Origin: a virus
Reading direction: 5' to 3' (one strand)
DNA: 64,000 nucleotides
IMG/VR virus record: IMGVR_UViG_3300032053_000011
Coordinates: 64,001-128,000 of that record
Part shown: positions 55,225-64,000 of the stretch, piece after piece
Layout: each line of letters opens with the position of its first letter
How positions within the stretch are numbered: the stretch's first letter is position 1
Position numbers and translations under genes: made by a program
Notes under the pieces: model-generated
Seen by the model: only the letters and a program-made list of their open reading frames with translations
What the model was told of the DNA's origin: nothing
The model's database searches: none

Positions 55225-55901
55225 AGACCATGAAGATCCATCTACTCCTGATCCTCGCGATCTCGGCCTGCACGCCCTTCAAGCTCTATGACTCGCGGGA
55301 GGATGCCGAGAGCGACGCCGCGCGCGACGAACGCGCAGAGAATTCCAGCGATAGTGGGTCCGGCGACGATGCCGTCGATGTCGCCGAATCTAGCTCCGAT
55401 GCCGTTGACGTTGTGACCGCCGCCGATGTCCCGGCATCCACCGACGTTGTGGATGTCGTCGACGTATCACTGCCTCCTGATGTCGTTCAGGACGTCGTCG
55501 TGGATGTACGGCCAGACGTTTCCATCGTCGATACCGCGCCCGACACGGCCTCGGACGTCCCGGCCGACGTACGGCCGGATGCGCCGGGCACCTGCACGGA
55601 CGGAATCCAGAACGGTCTCGAGAGCGACATCGATTGCGGCGGTGGCGTTTGCCGCCAATGCCGCCAAGGCAATCACTGTCGGGGCGTCACCGACTGTCTG
55701 TCATTCTCGGCCGAGTGCCGAGCTGGCTCCTGTTTCGAGCCCGCGTGCATCGATGGAAGACAGACCGGTCTCGAGACCGACATCGACTGCGGAGCGTACT
55801 GCGCGGCATGTGTGGTCGGCCGTCGCTGTCAGTTGCCAAGCGACTGCGCTTCGTCGCGCTGCTCCATCGGCGATGCGGGATTCCTGATCTGTATGCCGTG
55901 A
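55221..55901 (+). CDS. Lipoprotein with Asp/Val linker and two Cys-rich repeats
   Basis: LLILAISAC lipobox; DV-rich stalk; CTDGIQNGLESDIDCGG and CIDGRQTGLETDIDCG. Confidence 0.8.
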   Translation: MKTMKIHLLLILAISACTPFKLYDSREDAESDAARDERAENSSDSGSGDDAVDVAESSSDAVDVVTAADVPASTDVVDVVDVSLPPDVVQDVVVDVRPDVSIVDTAPDTASDVPADVRPDAPGTCTDGIQNGLESDIDCGGGVCRQCRQGNHCRGVTDCLSFSAECRAGSCFEPACIDGRQTGLETDIDCGAYCAACVVGRRCQLPSDCASSRCSIGDAGFLICMP

Positions 55902-55904
55902 CCC

Positions 55905-56483
55905 ATGTACGGCACCTTCCCGCTGGAATTCCAGGCTCAGATGCGACCGTTCATTGCAGAGCGGCGTGTGGTCGACTTGGGAGCTGGTGACGGGGAGCGC
56001 ACCCTCATCTTGCTGGCGCTCGGTGCCGCTTCGGTTCTCGCCGTCGAGAAGGACCCCGCGCCCTGGTATGCGACACCCATCCTCGGCATCGAATCGTTCC
56101 GCAGCCAATTCCGAGATGCGCGCGGCAAGATCAGGGACCGGGACATCGAAGTCGCTCATCTCGCATGGCCCTTGAACCACGACAGCCTTGGCTTGATCGA
56201 CATTCTCGAAGAGCTACGGATGGTGATCTACGTCGGCTCGAATACGAGCGGCAACGCTTGTGGCACGCAGGCGCTGTTCGCTCACTTCAATGCGCGTGAA
56301 GTTCTGGCGTATGTCCCGGCGCGGGCCAATACCCTGATCGTGTATGGGCAGCGATTGACCGGCCCGCGCGCCCTGCTCCACTGGGAAGAGCATCCATCGT
56401 TGTTTGGGCGGACGATTATCCCGTTCTCAGACACGATGGAACTCTTTCCGAGCACCCGAAAGTTGCCTGCGCGAGACGCATAG
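55905..56483 (+). CDS. Class I SAM-dependent methyltransferase-like protein
   Basis: RVVDLGAGDG and VLAVEK; substrate unknown. Confidence 0.7.
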   Translation: MYGTFPLEFQAQMRPFIAERRVVDLGAGDGERTLILLALGAASVLAVEKDPAPWYATPILGIESFRSQFRDARGKIRDRDIEVAHLAWPLNHDSLGLIDILEELRMVIYVGSNTSGNACGTQALFAHFNAREVLAYVPARANTLIVYGQRLTGPRALLHWEEHPSLFGRTIIPFSDTMELFPSTRKLPARDA

Positions 56484-56497
56484 CCGACGATGTCGGC

Positions 56498-58246
56498 ATG
56501 CCCCCATCACTCTTCGGCAAGAGCACGCCCGCGCCGCTTCGTCGCACCGTCCGTCCCGCGGGTCAGGTCGAGACCCCGCGCGAGACGCTGAAACGAAAGC
56601 TTGGCGGGGTCGAGGTGCCGCTAGAGATGAGCGATGACGAGGTCAGTCGTCTGCTCGCGAATGATGACGCCCGCGCCGCGTGGCTGGCCGCCCGGACCTC
56701 GGGGCCTGCGGTGGCTCGGCAGACTCTGATGCTCCGGCTCGATGTCCACGACCTCCCGCCGGAACTCAGCGATGCCGATGTGACTGCGCTGCTGGCAATG
56801 GATGGCCCGACACGCACGACGTGGTTCCGCGCCCAGCCCTTTTGCACGCCGCCCGCGGAGGGCTTCGCCTCCGAAGCGCTGCGGCAGGCGTGGGCGGACA
56901 GTCATCGCTGGTGCCCGCCTCCCGCCCTCAGCACTGTCCGGGCACCCGGCGGCGCGCCTCTCATGGAAGTGCCGGATCTGCTCTCTCCCGGTGACGCGAA
57001 CCGCGTCCTCGCCAACAGCAACGTCACCTTCTCGTGGAAGACGGTTCGCGGCGCAGCGAGTTACGAGGTGCGGGTCTGCACCGACGCCGCCATGACCCAG
57101 GGATGCCTGCCCGGTGGCGCGGCACAGATCACAGGCCTGAACACGACCTTCGCTGTTCCCGCGGGCGACTACTTCTGGAACGTGCGCGCCATCGGCGCTG
57201 ACGGCACCGTGGGGCCGGTCTCCGCGACACGCCATCTGGCGTCGGCCGCGCCTGCCGCCTCACCAAGCCTCGCGGCTCCCACCCTCGCAGGGCCGACCGA
57301 TGCGGCTCTCGTCGTCGCGAATGGAACCGTGGCGTTCTCCTGGAATTCCGTGGCGAATGCAACCGGCTACGAGGTCCAGGTCTGCACGGATGCCGCCATG
57401 ACCCAGGGGTGTTTGCAGAGCGGCAACGGTCGGACGGCAGCGCCGGACGCGACGATGCTTCTCTTCGCGGTGCCCGCAGGCGATTACTTCTGGCGCGTGC
57501 GCGCGATCGCCGCCGACGGCACGCTCGGTCCGGCATCGGAAGTCCGCCATCTCGCGTCGGCCGCGCCGTCCGCGACGACGACGACCCCGCCCGGGCAACC
57601 CCTGCCACCGCCGACGCTGATTGCGCCTGCGGACATGACACATGCAGATCCCGACACCCTCGTGACCTTCTCTTGGGCGCTCGTGCCCGGTGCCGCAGGC
57701 CATGAATTGGTGGTCTGTACCGATCCCGGCATGACGGTCGGTTGCCTAACCGGACAGGGACGTCTGCCTGCGCCGCAGAGCACGCTCACCGTGAGTATTC
57801 CAGCGGGAACCTACTACTGGACTGTGCGCGGCATCGCCGAAGATGGCACCGTCGGTCACTCCGCTGGAGTGCGTCGGTTGCTCGGCGCGTCCGTGGCAGC
57901 ACCGTTTCAGACGTCGGTGGAAGCCTTGACCTCGGCGCCAGCGCCGACGACGCCCGCGGCGCCACAGGTGGCGGCGAAGGCCTCGGCAGTGCCATGGATC
58001 CTCGGCGCTGCCGCGCTGGCGGGCGCTGCATGGTGGCTCTGGCCGAAGAGTGATGGCCCGGGTCCGCATTCGAACCCGTCGCATTCGTTCATCGGCAGTC
58101 GGGTGACCAAGCTTGGACGGGGCGCCGGGCGCCGCGGCACGATCCTCTCGCTCGAGGGGTCCGGCCCAATGATGAACGCGACTGTCCGCTGGGAAGACGG
58201 CTCGGTGGGGACTGCCCACGGGAAAGATCTCGGACTGGTCGGCTGA
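56498..58246 (+). CDS. Membrane-anchored protein with three Ig/FN3-like repeats and a small SH3-like C-terminal domain
   Basis: Three units of P.L..P......VTFSW..V.GA..YEV.VCTD..MT.GCL....P.G.Y.W.VRAI..DGT.G..S.VR; TM WILGAAALAGAAWWLW; tail IGSRV....GTI....ATVRWEDG. Confidence 0.8.
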   Translation: MPPSLFGKSTPAPLRRTVRPAGQVETPRETLKRKLGGVEVPLEMSDDEVSRLLANDDARAAWLAARTSGPAVARQTLMLRLDVHDLPPELSDADVTALLAMDGPTRTTWFRAQPFCTPPAEGFASEALRQAWADSHRWCPPPALSTVRAPGGAPLMEVPDLLSPGDANRVLANSNVTFSWKTVRGAASYEVRVCTDAAMTQGCLPGGAAQITGLNTTFAVPAGDYFWNVRAIGADGTVGPVSATRHLASAAPAASPSLAAPTLAGPTDAALVVANGTVAFSWNSVANATGYEVQVCTDAAMTQGCLQSGNGRTAAPDATMLLFAVPAGDYFWRVRAIAADGTLGPASEVRHLASAAPSATTTTPPGQPLPPPTLIAPADMTHADPDTLVTFSWALVPGAAGHELVVCTDPGMTVGCLTGQGRLPAPQSTLTVSIPAGTYYWTVRGIAEDGTVGHSAGVRRLLGASVAAPFQTSVEALTSAPAPTTPAAPQVAAKASAVPWILGAAALAGAAWWLWPKSDGPGPHSNPSHSFIGSRVTKLGRGAGRRGTILSLEGSGPMMNATVRWEDGSVGTAHGKDLGLVG

Positions 58247-58309
58247 GGCAAGAGTCGCGCAATCTGCGTGAAAGTTGACCGTTCTGCGGTGTCGCCAGAC
58301 GATGGGCGC

Positions 58310-59959
58310 ATGGAACCCTGCAAGCCCTGTGGGCGCGGTCGCCTCTTTCCTTCGACCGCGGGGACCTCGCCAGCGGGCATCTTGGCTCCGGGACTTGGAA
58401 ACAGGGCCGGTATCGTATTCCCTGGTCAGAAGAGACTCGGACCACAGCCGTCGGGACAGATCGTCAGCCGCCGTGAGCAACTGCGGGCCAGCCTGAACGT
58501 CACCGATCTGCCCGAGCAGAACAAGGACAACGGCCGAGGCGTCGTCTTCAACGATGCCCATGTGCAATGGCTGCTCGTGATGCCGCTCGATCAGCGACGC
58601 GCGCAGTTTCTCCACGACTGGTGCACCCTGCCCGACGCAGGGTTCATCAACGAGGCCGCCCGAGCAGCCTGGGCGCGAAGCCATGTCTGGTGTGAAGCCC
58701 CGGCGAGCGACACCGTGCGCGATGTCTCGCGCGCTGCCCTCAAGCTGATGCTCGGATTCGGCAATCAGAAGCTTCCGTCGGAGCTGTCGGATGCCATGGC
58801 GCGCGAGCTGATCGTGATGGGCCGTGATGCAGCAGCCCTGGAATTCCAGCGTCGATTCTGTGTGACGCCCCCGGGCGGATTCGCGACCGATGCGGACATG
58901 GCCGCCTGGATGACGGACCATGATTGGTGCACCGTTCCCGCGATCCGGGACGCGCGGCCCGGCGCACCCACGCCGTTGAGCGAAGCCGATCAGTACCTGC
59001 ATACGATGGGGATGGGGTGTCCGGCCTGGGCGCGAATCACCGACGCAGCCGCTCGGACGCTTCGGCTCCGTTCGTCGAATCCCGATCTCTCTCCCGAGGA
59101 AGCCGACCGTCGGCGCCGGGTCATCGATGCGCAGTGCGGCATCGTCTCCACGCGAGCGGCGTTCGTGGGCGCGACAACGCTTCTGCCCTCGAGCACGAGC
59201 ACTTTCACTCTGGTCGGTGGTGGTGGTGCCAAAGGGGGAACTCCAGCAGCTTCGCCGCCACGGACCGGGCCGTTGCCAGCCCCGGTCTTGGGCAACCCGC
59301 TTGCGGGCGTCCCTGTGGTGGCGGATGCCGACGTGTCCTTCAACTGGGCAGCGGTGGATGGAGCGCAGAACTACGAGTTCCGTCTGTGTCTCGATGCCGA
59401 TCTCCAGCTCGGGTGCATCACGGGAACAGGTGGCGGCATGATGCTCACTGGCCTCTCGCTCACAATGCGAGTGCCAGCCGGTTCCTACTTCTGGTCCGTG
59501 CGCGCTACGGGCAGCGACGGAACGCCTGGAATTCTTGCCGAAGCGCGTGCTCTTCGGTCTGTGCAGGCCACGACCCAAGTACCGATTCCGGTGCAAACAC
59601 CGGCGACGCTCCTGGCGAGCCTCGGCCTGACATGCGACGAGTGGAGCGCACTCACCGCCGATGACCAGGGCACTCGGCTCGCTCTTCTCATTCCGCCATC
59701 ACGTTCTGGCGATCCATCAGAAGCCCCGAGAGCGAACCCGATCCCGGCGCAGATCGCCGCCATCAACGTCTACTGCCAGAACCAGTCCATGCTCGATGGC
59801 AGAGGCACAAATCAAGACGCTATACTCCGCCAGACGATGGCACCGCCTGCCGTCGTGCGCAGTAGCCCACTGGTCCCCGTGCTTCTCGTTGCAGGCGCGG
59901 TGGGCGTCGTCGGCCTCGGCTGGTGGATGTTGCGCGATCCGACCCCGGCGCATCGGTAG
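58310..59959 (+). CDS. Modular membrane-anchored protein (Cys/Trp modules + one Ig-like repeat)
   Basis: Shares modules with 56498 and 61306; C-terminal TM VLLVAGAVGVVGLGWWML; start may be GTG 58268. Confidence 0.75.
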   Translation: MEPCKPCGRGRLFPSTAGTSPAGILAPGLGNRAGIVFPGQKRLGPQPSGQIVSRREQLRASLNVTDLPEQNKDNGRGVVFNDAHVQWLLVMPLDQRRAQFLHDWCTLPDAGFINEAARAAWARSHVWCEAPASDTVRDVSRAALKLMLGFGNQKLPSELSDAMARELIVMGRDAAALEFQRRFCVTPPGGFATDADMAAWMTDHDWCTVPAIRDARPGAPTPLSEADQYLHTMGMGCPAWARITDAAARTLRLRSSNPDLSPEEADRRRRVIDAQCGIVSTRAAFVGATTLLPSSTSTFTLVGGGGAKGGTPAASPPRTGPLPAPVLGNPLAGVPVVADADVSFNWAAVDGAQNYEFRLCLDADLQLGCITGTGGGMMLTGLSLTMRVPAGSYFWSVRATGSDGTPGILAEARALRSVQATTQVPIPVQTPATLLASLGLTCDEWSALTADDQGTRLALLIPPSRSGDPSEAPRANPIPAQIAAINVYCQNQSMLDGRGTNQDAILRQTMAPPAVVRSSPLVPVLLVAGAVGVVGLGWWMLRDPTPAHR

Positions 59960-59964
59960 GTCCG

Positions 59965-60552
59965 ATGATCCGGTGGCAGACTCCTGCGGAACTCCAGGAC
60001 GCATACGACGTACTGCCGCGGCTTTCGCCGGACATCGCGACGCGTCTACTCGACCCGTACTCGAAGCCCTATCGGATCCCGGACACCACCCAGGCGGATG
60101 ATCGCCTGCGCATGCAGGACATTCTCGTCCACATCACGATGCAGCAGCCCATCATTCAGGGGCTGGCAGCCACCATCGGGGAGGGGTTGAACACCGAGAC
60201 TGAGCGCGCGATGGCAGTGCTCAACTACGTGCAGCATCTCGGCTACATCCCGGATCCGCCGGGCGAGTGGTACCAGAGCGGTCTCTACACGATCGCCAGT
60301 CGTGGGAGGGCAGGCAACTGCAACGATCTTGGCGTCGTGGCGGTGGCTCTGCTGCGCTTGCTGGGCATCGAGGCTTGGGTCTGGTGGATCTTCCAGAAAG
60401 GGGCCGCCCTCAATCACATGACCGTGCGTGCCAGCGTCGACGGTCGGATGCGATGGGTGGAAACCACAATCGTCGACGCACGGCTCGGCGAGAACCCCTA
60501 TCGCGCCGCGGAACGAACAGGTCAGCAAGCGAACGTGGGCATCACCGCATAG
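59965..60552 (+). CDS. Transglutaminase-like (papain-fold) protein
   Basis: LNYVQ..GY..DP..EWYQ...YT......GNCNDL......LL..LG...NHM......W.ETT...RLGE.P. Confidence 0.8.
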   Translation: MIRWQTPAELQDAYDVLPRLSPDIATRLLDPYSKPYRIPDTTQADDRLRMQDILVHITMQQPIIQGLAATIGEGLNTETERAMAVLNYVQHLGYIPDPPGEWYQSGLYTIASRGRAGNCNDLGVVAVALLRLLGIEAWVWWIFQKGAALNHMTVRASVDGRMRWVETTIVDARLGENPYRAAERTGQQANVGITA

Positions 60553-60639
60553 CTGCGCCAGTGCGCCTGCACGAAAATAGACAGCGAAGAGTTCTCGGCC
60601 GAGAGTTGACATCCAGACTCCAACCACGAGGACGATCGC

Positions 60640-60852
60640 ATGTACGCAACGACGACTGCACCCGCTGGCTACTCGAGCCGCATCGGTTCCAGCTCCATGG
60701 TCCAGGCCTCGGGACAGGCCGTCACCGCGACGCCTGCCGTCGATCTGACGCCCCACCAGATGCAGGTGCGATCCGACCTCGTGTCGTACTTCGCGCTCGG
60801 CGGCGCCATCCTCGGCCTCGCCATCGGCATCATGAACCGCCACCAGGGCTAG
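60640..60852 (+). CDS. Small C-terminal TM protein
   Basis: RBS GAGG; YFALGGAILGLAIGIM. Confidence 0.6.
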   Translation: MYATTTAPAGYSSRIGSSSMVQASGQAVTATPAVDLTPHQMQVRSDLVSYFALGGAILGLAIGIMNRHQG

Positions 60853-60933
60853 TTCATCGCGCTCGCCTATCGAGCGCCTCGCACGCCTTCTGTTTCCCAC
60901 AGGCTCTCAAACGATCGATTGACGGAGACGAAA

Positions 60934-61215
60934 ATGCCCGACGCGACCACGACTGACACGACCACGACCGAACCCCTCAACCTCCGCGGCTCCGAGTACG
61001 CGGCGCTCGCCGTCGGCACCGTTGTCGCTGGCGCGTTCGGCGCCGTCCTCGGCCATGCCATCGGCGACGCCATCAAGAGCATGAAGGACCGCAAGGCCCT
61101 CGGTGCCGGGGCGCACGACAACCCCTACGAGAATCCGCGCTACCACTACACCCGTGGTGGCCAGGGTCACTACGGCTACCGTCCGGCGGGCGATCGTCCC
61201 GGCGGCCGTCGCTAG
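60934..61215 (+). CDS. Small TM protein with DNPYENP motif and basic tail
   Basis: RBS GGAG; ALAVGTVVAGAFGAVLG. Confidence 0.6.
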   Translation: MPDATTTDTTTTEPLNLRGSEYAALAVGTVVAGAFGAVLGHAIGDAIKSMKDRKALGAGAHDNPYENPRYHYTRGGQGHYGYRPAGDRPGGRR

Positions 61216-61305
61216 TCGTTCCGTCCCGTCGGTCCGTTCCAACGAGGATGCCTTTCGCGTGACGTGCCCGTCCGTTGAGTAGGCACGTCCACGCGGAGGC
61301 ATCTC

Positions 61306-63378
61306 ATGGCAGCGGTCTGGCAGCTCATTCACATCCGCGCACGCGTTGACGGTGACCGTGCCACCGTGGACCCGAACGGATCCTGGGATATCCTGCATTG
61401 GGCGGATGTCGAGCTCGCGCGTGCATGGATCCGGCAGGCCTCTGCCGCGATCGATCCGCAGCGAGTCCGCGATGCAGACGCTGGTGGTCATGCCGCACAG
61501 GTTGCGCTGCTCGTAGCCGTCACCTTCGCGATCGCCAACGCCTACAACGCCATGAACATCCTGTGGGAGAACGACCCGCTCGCACGCATGCGATACCGGG
61601 CGTCCCTCTCCGGGCCCCCCGCGAGTAGCAGCAGCGAATACTCCGCCTACGACAACTATGGCGGCGGGCATTGGTACCGGGCCAACGAGAGCTTCCCGAC
61701 AGCCGGTGGCATTCGTTTGTTGGATGGCGAGCAGGTGCACGCCGAGGACTTCACCGGCAGCATTCCAATGCTGGCGCGTCAGATCTTCCTCCAGGACTAC
61801 CCTCTCGGACGCCGTGTGGCGGAGATGCATCCCAGCGAGTTCCGGCAATCAGTCGGTGTCTACGTGGACTCGCAGGGCCGCCTGGACGCCCAGGGACGGC
61901 CCGCAGACGTATTCGAAGACGTCCGTACCTCGAGGAATCGGATCAACCGGCCCTTCGTGATGGGCGATCTGCCGCAAGAGATTCTCCCCGGAACTGATCC
62001 GAGCACTGGACGCGGGAGCAACGCCCCTCTGTCCCCCGAGAATTGGTGCCGTACCAATCGAGACTTCGAATGTCCGAGGTGGATCAGCCCGGCTGCATTC
62101 ATGGGATTCGTCACCGGTGTCGTCACGAGCGGCGGAGGTGTCCTTTGTGGACCCGCGCCGCCAAGGCGCGCCGATGAAACGGCAGTCGACACGGCCTGGG
62201 GCGCCATCCAGCGATCTGTCACGATGCACGCGAATTGCGCGAACCTCGACTGGCATTACGGAATGTTCGTGGAGGCGCTCCGCATCACCACGCATCTGGC
62301 ACTCGTCATCACCGACGACCTCAATCCGTTCGTTCCATTGCCGGTCTGGGCGCCGCTGCGCGCCTATCTGCCGTGGCTCCAGGCATGGATCGGAGATCTC
62401 GAGAGTCGGTCGCCTGAACAGATCATCGTGGACAGCCGCAAGTTCGTGATTCAGCAGAATCTGCATTGGATCCAGAACGCAGGCGGTCCCGATGCATTCT
62501 ATCGACAGCTCCTCGCCGGGCAGGAGAATCGCGCGGCAGACCAGGGTGCCGCCGATCCGAATGTGCAGATGGCCGCTGCGGCCGTCGGTGCCATTGGCGC
62601 CGCTCTCGCAGGAGCGACGTACGGCATCTCCGCTGTTGCGGGCGCCGTGATCGGTGCGGGTCTCACGATCTGGGACGCGTCACGGACGCATGACGTCGCG
62701 CCCGATGGCAACTTCAAGGACGACCTCGGTCGGTACAAACCATCGTTCGCGCTCGGCTGGCTTGGCGGACTCGGACCAGGATTTCCCGGCGAGGAAGGTC
62801 ACCCTGATAACGCTCGCCTTCCGATCCCTGACCCGCCAGGATTCCAACGCGGCGGTCGGCCTACCGTGCAGGGTCCGAATGCCGGGCAGACCTACCTGAG
62901 CGACCTTGGAATGGGCTGCGATGCCTGGGCGCGAATCAGCGATCCGGCCGCGCGAACGATCCGACTCCGGTCGGCCTCGGTGAACCGTGGCATCGATCCG
63001 GCGGAAGGCGATCGCCGCCGAGTCCTCGTCGATGCGTATTGCGCCAGTCAGGGCGCCCAAGTCAGAGGAGCCGTGAATCCGCCGGTCCTGAACATAATGG
63101 CTGTCCTGACGTCGACGACCCCTGGCAAGGGCGTCACGGAGACCGCGACGCAGACATTGACCTCGACGCCAGCAGCGCCCCCATCGACAACGACGCCAGC
63201 GACATCAACGACGCCTGCGTTGGAGATCCTGCCAGCGCACAACGAGGTCGTGCAACTGACCGAGATCGTGCCCGCACCGCGCAAGGTATGGCCGTGGGTC
63301 GTCGGTGGTGTCGTGGTCCTTGGTGCAGGCGCAGGCGGCTACTGGTGGCTGCATCGCGACAAGCGACCGCACCAGTGA
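61306..63378 (+). CDS. Large membrane-anchored protein, putative virion component
   Basis: RBS GGAGG; internal Gly/Ala hydrophobic hairpin; module shared with 58310; Thr-rich stalk; TM WPWVVGGVVVLGAGAGGYWW. Confidence 0.75.
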   Translation: MAAVWQLIHIRARVDGDRATVDPNGSWDILHWADVELARAWIRQASAAIDPQRVRDADAGGHAAQVALLVAVTFAIANAYNAMNILWENDPLARMRYRASLSGPPASSSSEYSAYDNYGGGHWYRANESFPTAGGIRLLDGEQVHAEDFTGSIPMLARQIFLQDYPLGRRVAEMHPSEFRQSVGVYVDSQGRLDAQGRPADVFEDVRTSRNRINRPFVMGDLPQEILPGTDPSTGRGSNAPLSPENWCRTNRDFECPRWISPAAFMGFVTGVVTSGGGVLCGPAPPRRADETAVDTAWGAIQRSVTMHANCANLDWHYGMFVEALRITTHLALVITDDLNPFVPLPVWAPLRAYLPWLQAWIGDLESRSPEQIIVDSRKFVIQQNLHWIQNAGGPDAFYRQLLAGQENRAADQGAADPNVQMAAAAVGAIGAALAGATYGISAVAGAVIGAGLTIWDASRTHDVAPDGNFKDDLGRYKPSFALGWLGGLGPGFPGEEGHPDNARLPIPDPPGFQRGGRPTVQGPNAGQTYLSDLGMGCDAWARISDPAARTIRLRSASVNRGIDPAEGDRRRVLVDAYCASQGAQVRGAVNPPVLNIMAVLTSTTPGKGVTETATQTLTSTPAAPPSTTTPATSTTPALEILPAHNEVVQLTEIVPAPRKVWPWVVGGVVVLGAGAGGYWWLHRDKRPHQ

Positions 63379-63409
63379 GATAGTGCCTTTTGAGGAGATC
63401 AGAGCCCAT

Positions 63410-64000
63410 ATGGTCAACATGAACTTCGACGCGTATTCCTCGGCCAACATGTGTGGTGCCTGCGGCACGCGTGGGGCATGCAGCGGAGGACGTTGCCCAG
63501 GCCCGGAAGCATCTGGAATTCTTGCGTCGGGAGGCATCAACTGCTGCCCCGGATGCGCCAGCGCGATTGGCTGTGAGGGCGGCGATTGCCCGGGACCCAG
63601 CGCATGCTTGCGAGTGCGCTTCGGGATGCGCGGCAACACGCATGGGAATGTCGGCTGCACCCTTTCGTTGGCAAAGCGCGAGTATTCGCGGGCCAACAAC
63701 ACCTTGCAGGAGCTGCCTCGCACGCCCGGCCGCGGACGTCTGTTCCCCACGCCGGAGACCAAGCAGTCGCAGCCGCGGCTGCCCGGTCCGCCGGAGGGGA
63801 ACTTTCCCCTCATTCCGCCGCCGCCCCCGCCGACGACCGAGCAGCGCTACCCGAATCAGCCGGAGCAGCCGCGTCCGCAGATCATGCAGCCGCGTTCCCC
63901 GGCGCCTCCGAAGCCGCTGGCATTCCAGCCTCTTCCGAGCCAGCCCGGCGCGCCGCAGGGGTCTGTCGCGCAGGCGATGATTCCTCAGCAGCCCGCCGGT
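63410..64000 (+). CDS. Cys-rich then Pro/Gln-rich protein, runs off the window
   Basis: Not in the ORF track. GAGGAG upstream and frame open to the end; MVNMNFD...CGACG....C.GG.CPGP (twice)...GRGRLFP. Confidence 0.65.
   Translation, partial: MVNMNFDAYSSANMCGACGTRGACSGGRCPGPEASGILASGGINCCPGCASAIGCEGGDCPGPSACLRVRFGMRGNTHGNVGCTLSLAKREYSRANNTLQELPRTPGRGRLFPTPETKQSQPRLPGPPEGNFPLIPPPPPPTTEQRYPNQPEQPRPQIMQPRSPAPPKPLAFQPLPSQPGAPQGSVAQAMIPQQPAG

Noticed and set aside
55905-56483. DNA methyltransferase of a restriction-modification system
   Set aside because: Only the SAM-binding motif is clear; no DPPY/NPPY or PC catalytic motif and no partner nuclease.
57746-59596. 616-aa minus-strand ORF and similar long antisense ORFs (6687, 33503, 34066, 54016 N-terminal part)
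   Set aside because: Arg/Gly-rich shadow or alternative frames overlapping well-supported genes, as expected in GC-rich DNA.

Overview
GC-rich, densely coded 64 kb segment that reads as part of a large bacterial virus genome or prophage-like element. No housekeeping operons are visible, genes are tightly coupled by ATGA/GTGA overlaps, and most ORFs are short and unassignable. A Myxococcota-like host is inferred from a captured Ser/Thr kinase + TPR + Cys-rich lipoprotein cassette. Left to right: (1) leftward block with an SLT-like lytic enzyme running off the window edge, a DEDD exonuclease, an SMC/SbcC-like ATPase, RecT, YqaJ and a DGQHR/ParB-like protein; (2) a frameshifted spike/pectin-lyase-like gene, RNase H and a replication block (T5orf172 protein, initiator with an embedded T5orf172 domain, DnaB plus a headless DnaB copy, TrpF-like barrel, SLOG protein); (3) a repeat-rich convergent gap, a tRNA-Arg(CCU)-like RNA with a 47-nt D-loop, an XRE + HExxH peptidase pair, Gp88-like and cupin genes; (4) a leftward region with three operator-bearing promoters driving a Ycf46-like AAA ATPase, an RNase II/R catalytic domain fused to two dsRNA-binding domains, and a phospho-His swivel-domain protein; (5) YggL, two J-domain genes, an atypical tRNA(CAU), an RHH regulator and a tandem array of seven paralogues, five with an N-terminal Zn finger; (6) HNH, the kinase cassette, a methyltransferase and a block of modular membrane-anchored proteins with a transglutaminase-like gene. 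Two distinct operator motifs recur in promoter spacers. I recognised no capsid, terminase, integrase, reverse transcriptase or CRISPR array. All family calls come from motif recognition by eye; no database search was run.
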